This document shows positions 62,541 through 64,000 of a DNA stretch of 64,000 nt, one piece after another. Both the position numbers and the translations under genes were made by a program. This DNA comes from Selaginella moellendorffii. Taxonomy: Eukaryota; Plantae; Lycopodiophyta. Numbering within the stretch: the stretch's first letter is position 1; every line of letters begins with the position of its first letter. The stretch is taken from positions 94,886 through 158,885 of the forward strand of contig NW_003314322.1 in NCBI RefSeq assembly GCF_000143415.4, written 5' to 3'. The notes beneath the pieces were generated by a model, which was given only the letters and a program-made list of their open reading frames with translations, had not been told where the DNA came from and did not search any database.

Positions 62541-64000
62541 TCTCCTATGTCCAATATGTATGTTTCACAAAAGAACCCTGATATAAATTCTCTTTTTCCT
62601 ATATATATTTAAATTATATATTTCTAAAAATATAAATCCAGACTGGTCATAATATAAGGAGATAAGCAAGTATTAAGGACATAATACACATTAAATAAAA
62701 ACAAAAACATATTTTAATTTTAGTTCTTTAAAGCGGTTCTTGTTAATGCAATGGCAGCTTTCTCCAATGTTTTATCCTTCTAAACCTGGCAAGAAAGAAA
62801 CCACACAGAAAAACCTAAGCTTTTCACCAGAATACTGAATGATGGTTGTGATATTTTGCAGGTTCATTTTTCTTGGGGTTTCAGGGAGGGCTTCATTTGC
62901 TCATTCTTTTAAACCAAGAGCAAGTCAAATGAAATATTAAAATGTAAACCTTTTAGAAATCATATTTAGTAAGAAACAAAGTTGTAATTAAGGAGATAAA
63001 TAAAAAGTTATATAAGGTTTAAAATTTTCATAACATATTGAAAGACAGAAGGACTCCTTTTTGCAGATTGCAAACCTCTTTTCTCACCAATATCTGCTGG
63101 AAATCTAGAACTCTGAGAACCACGACTGATTCTTGGCAGCATTTCTGTAGAACGGTTCTCTTCCACAACTGCAGTCAACACTGCCTCCAAGCCATATCAA
63201 GCACTTGGAAGCTGCTTCTAGAAGCAGCATGACATGCTTGCCAAGATCCAGGGAGCTTATTTCTATTGGAGGAGACTAAAAGGTGCCTTATTCCTGTGAT
63301 AAAACATGCATGAAGAAACAATGAACATTAACCATATACCTTTCACAAAAAGAAGCACTGAGTGTACATCTGAACCATCATGTGTTACAACACTGTTGGC
63401 TCCAAACCTCGCAGTGTATCTCTTAAATCACCAGAAATCATCAGCTGGATCAGTGCCAACATGACAGTGACTCCCAAAGACTTTCCCATTGTCCCTTACA
63501 TCTGCACATGCTCTTCAACCTACTGCTTCAACTCAGTTAGTCTATCCAGTGGAATGTGTGTCATCATCACAATTGAGTTCTGTCCACTCCACAGCCATAA
63601 AAAAGTTCCTTCTAGTCAAGCTTTCTCAAAAGCAGTGGTGCCTCCTGAGGATCTAGGAACAATTGCTGTAGGACACACTTGAAACCAGCAGAAGAAAACT
63701 CCATCACAAAAAGACGAATACGAAGAAATAAAAACAGGAAAAGAAAAAAGGAGCATTTGCCTTGTCAAGTGTGATAGCAATGTTTGATTATAGACACCCT
63801 CAGCCTGTATGGGTTATGAACTTTCAAAGTTTCCTTCAATATAATACCAAAAAAGTGCACAAATTCTTGCCAAACCAGATGGCAAATTCTGAATTATAGT
63901 CTCTTGTGGGGAAGGAGAGAACTAACGTCTCTAAACTAACCATTCATCTCCTCAGTTCTCACAATCTGGCAGGATGCTAGCATCGACAAGCTCTATCTAC

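Noticed and set aside
63000-64000. Spliced gene fragment on the minus strand
   Set aside because: Looks exon-like but contains stops and no recognisable family motif; left uncalled, as were 1820-2180, 2950-3420, 22300-23250 and 49020-49330.

Overview
Eukaryotic, repeat-dominated land-plant DNA. Very short (~50-60 nt) introns, the plant gene families and a fungal-type chromovirus suggest a compact lycophyte genome such as Selaginella; this is inference. The window is mostly a nest of Helitrons: about 10 hairpin+CTAG 3' ends, decayed RepHel and RPA1 coding remnants, and more than 15 captured host-gene fragments (PurL, peroxidase, Tic32-like SDR, purple acid phosphatase, AAE, Fes1, PPR, SGR2, KAO/CYP88A, Serinc, DNAJC16-like, alpha-galactosidase, kinase, kelch). 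Only one apparently intact host-type gene was found (ArfGAP-C2, AGD12/ZAC-like). Retroelements: (1) a Tf1-like self-priming Ty3/Gypsy chromovirus split in two by an inversion, shown by a shared CATTG TSD and a PurL reading frame that rejoins across it; (2) a pol-less LTR element with a tRNA-Arg PBS, a long unknown ORF and gag; (3) a very young Cassandra TRIM with 5S-derived LTRs, whose internal domain carries the PPT/LTR-start junction of an adjacent, hairpin-dense LTR-like element; (4) LINE fragments. Coordinates of degenerate fragments are approximate, and family assignments are from recognised motifs, not database searches.
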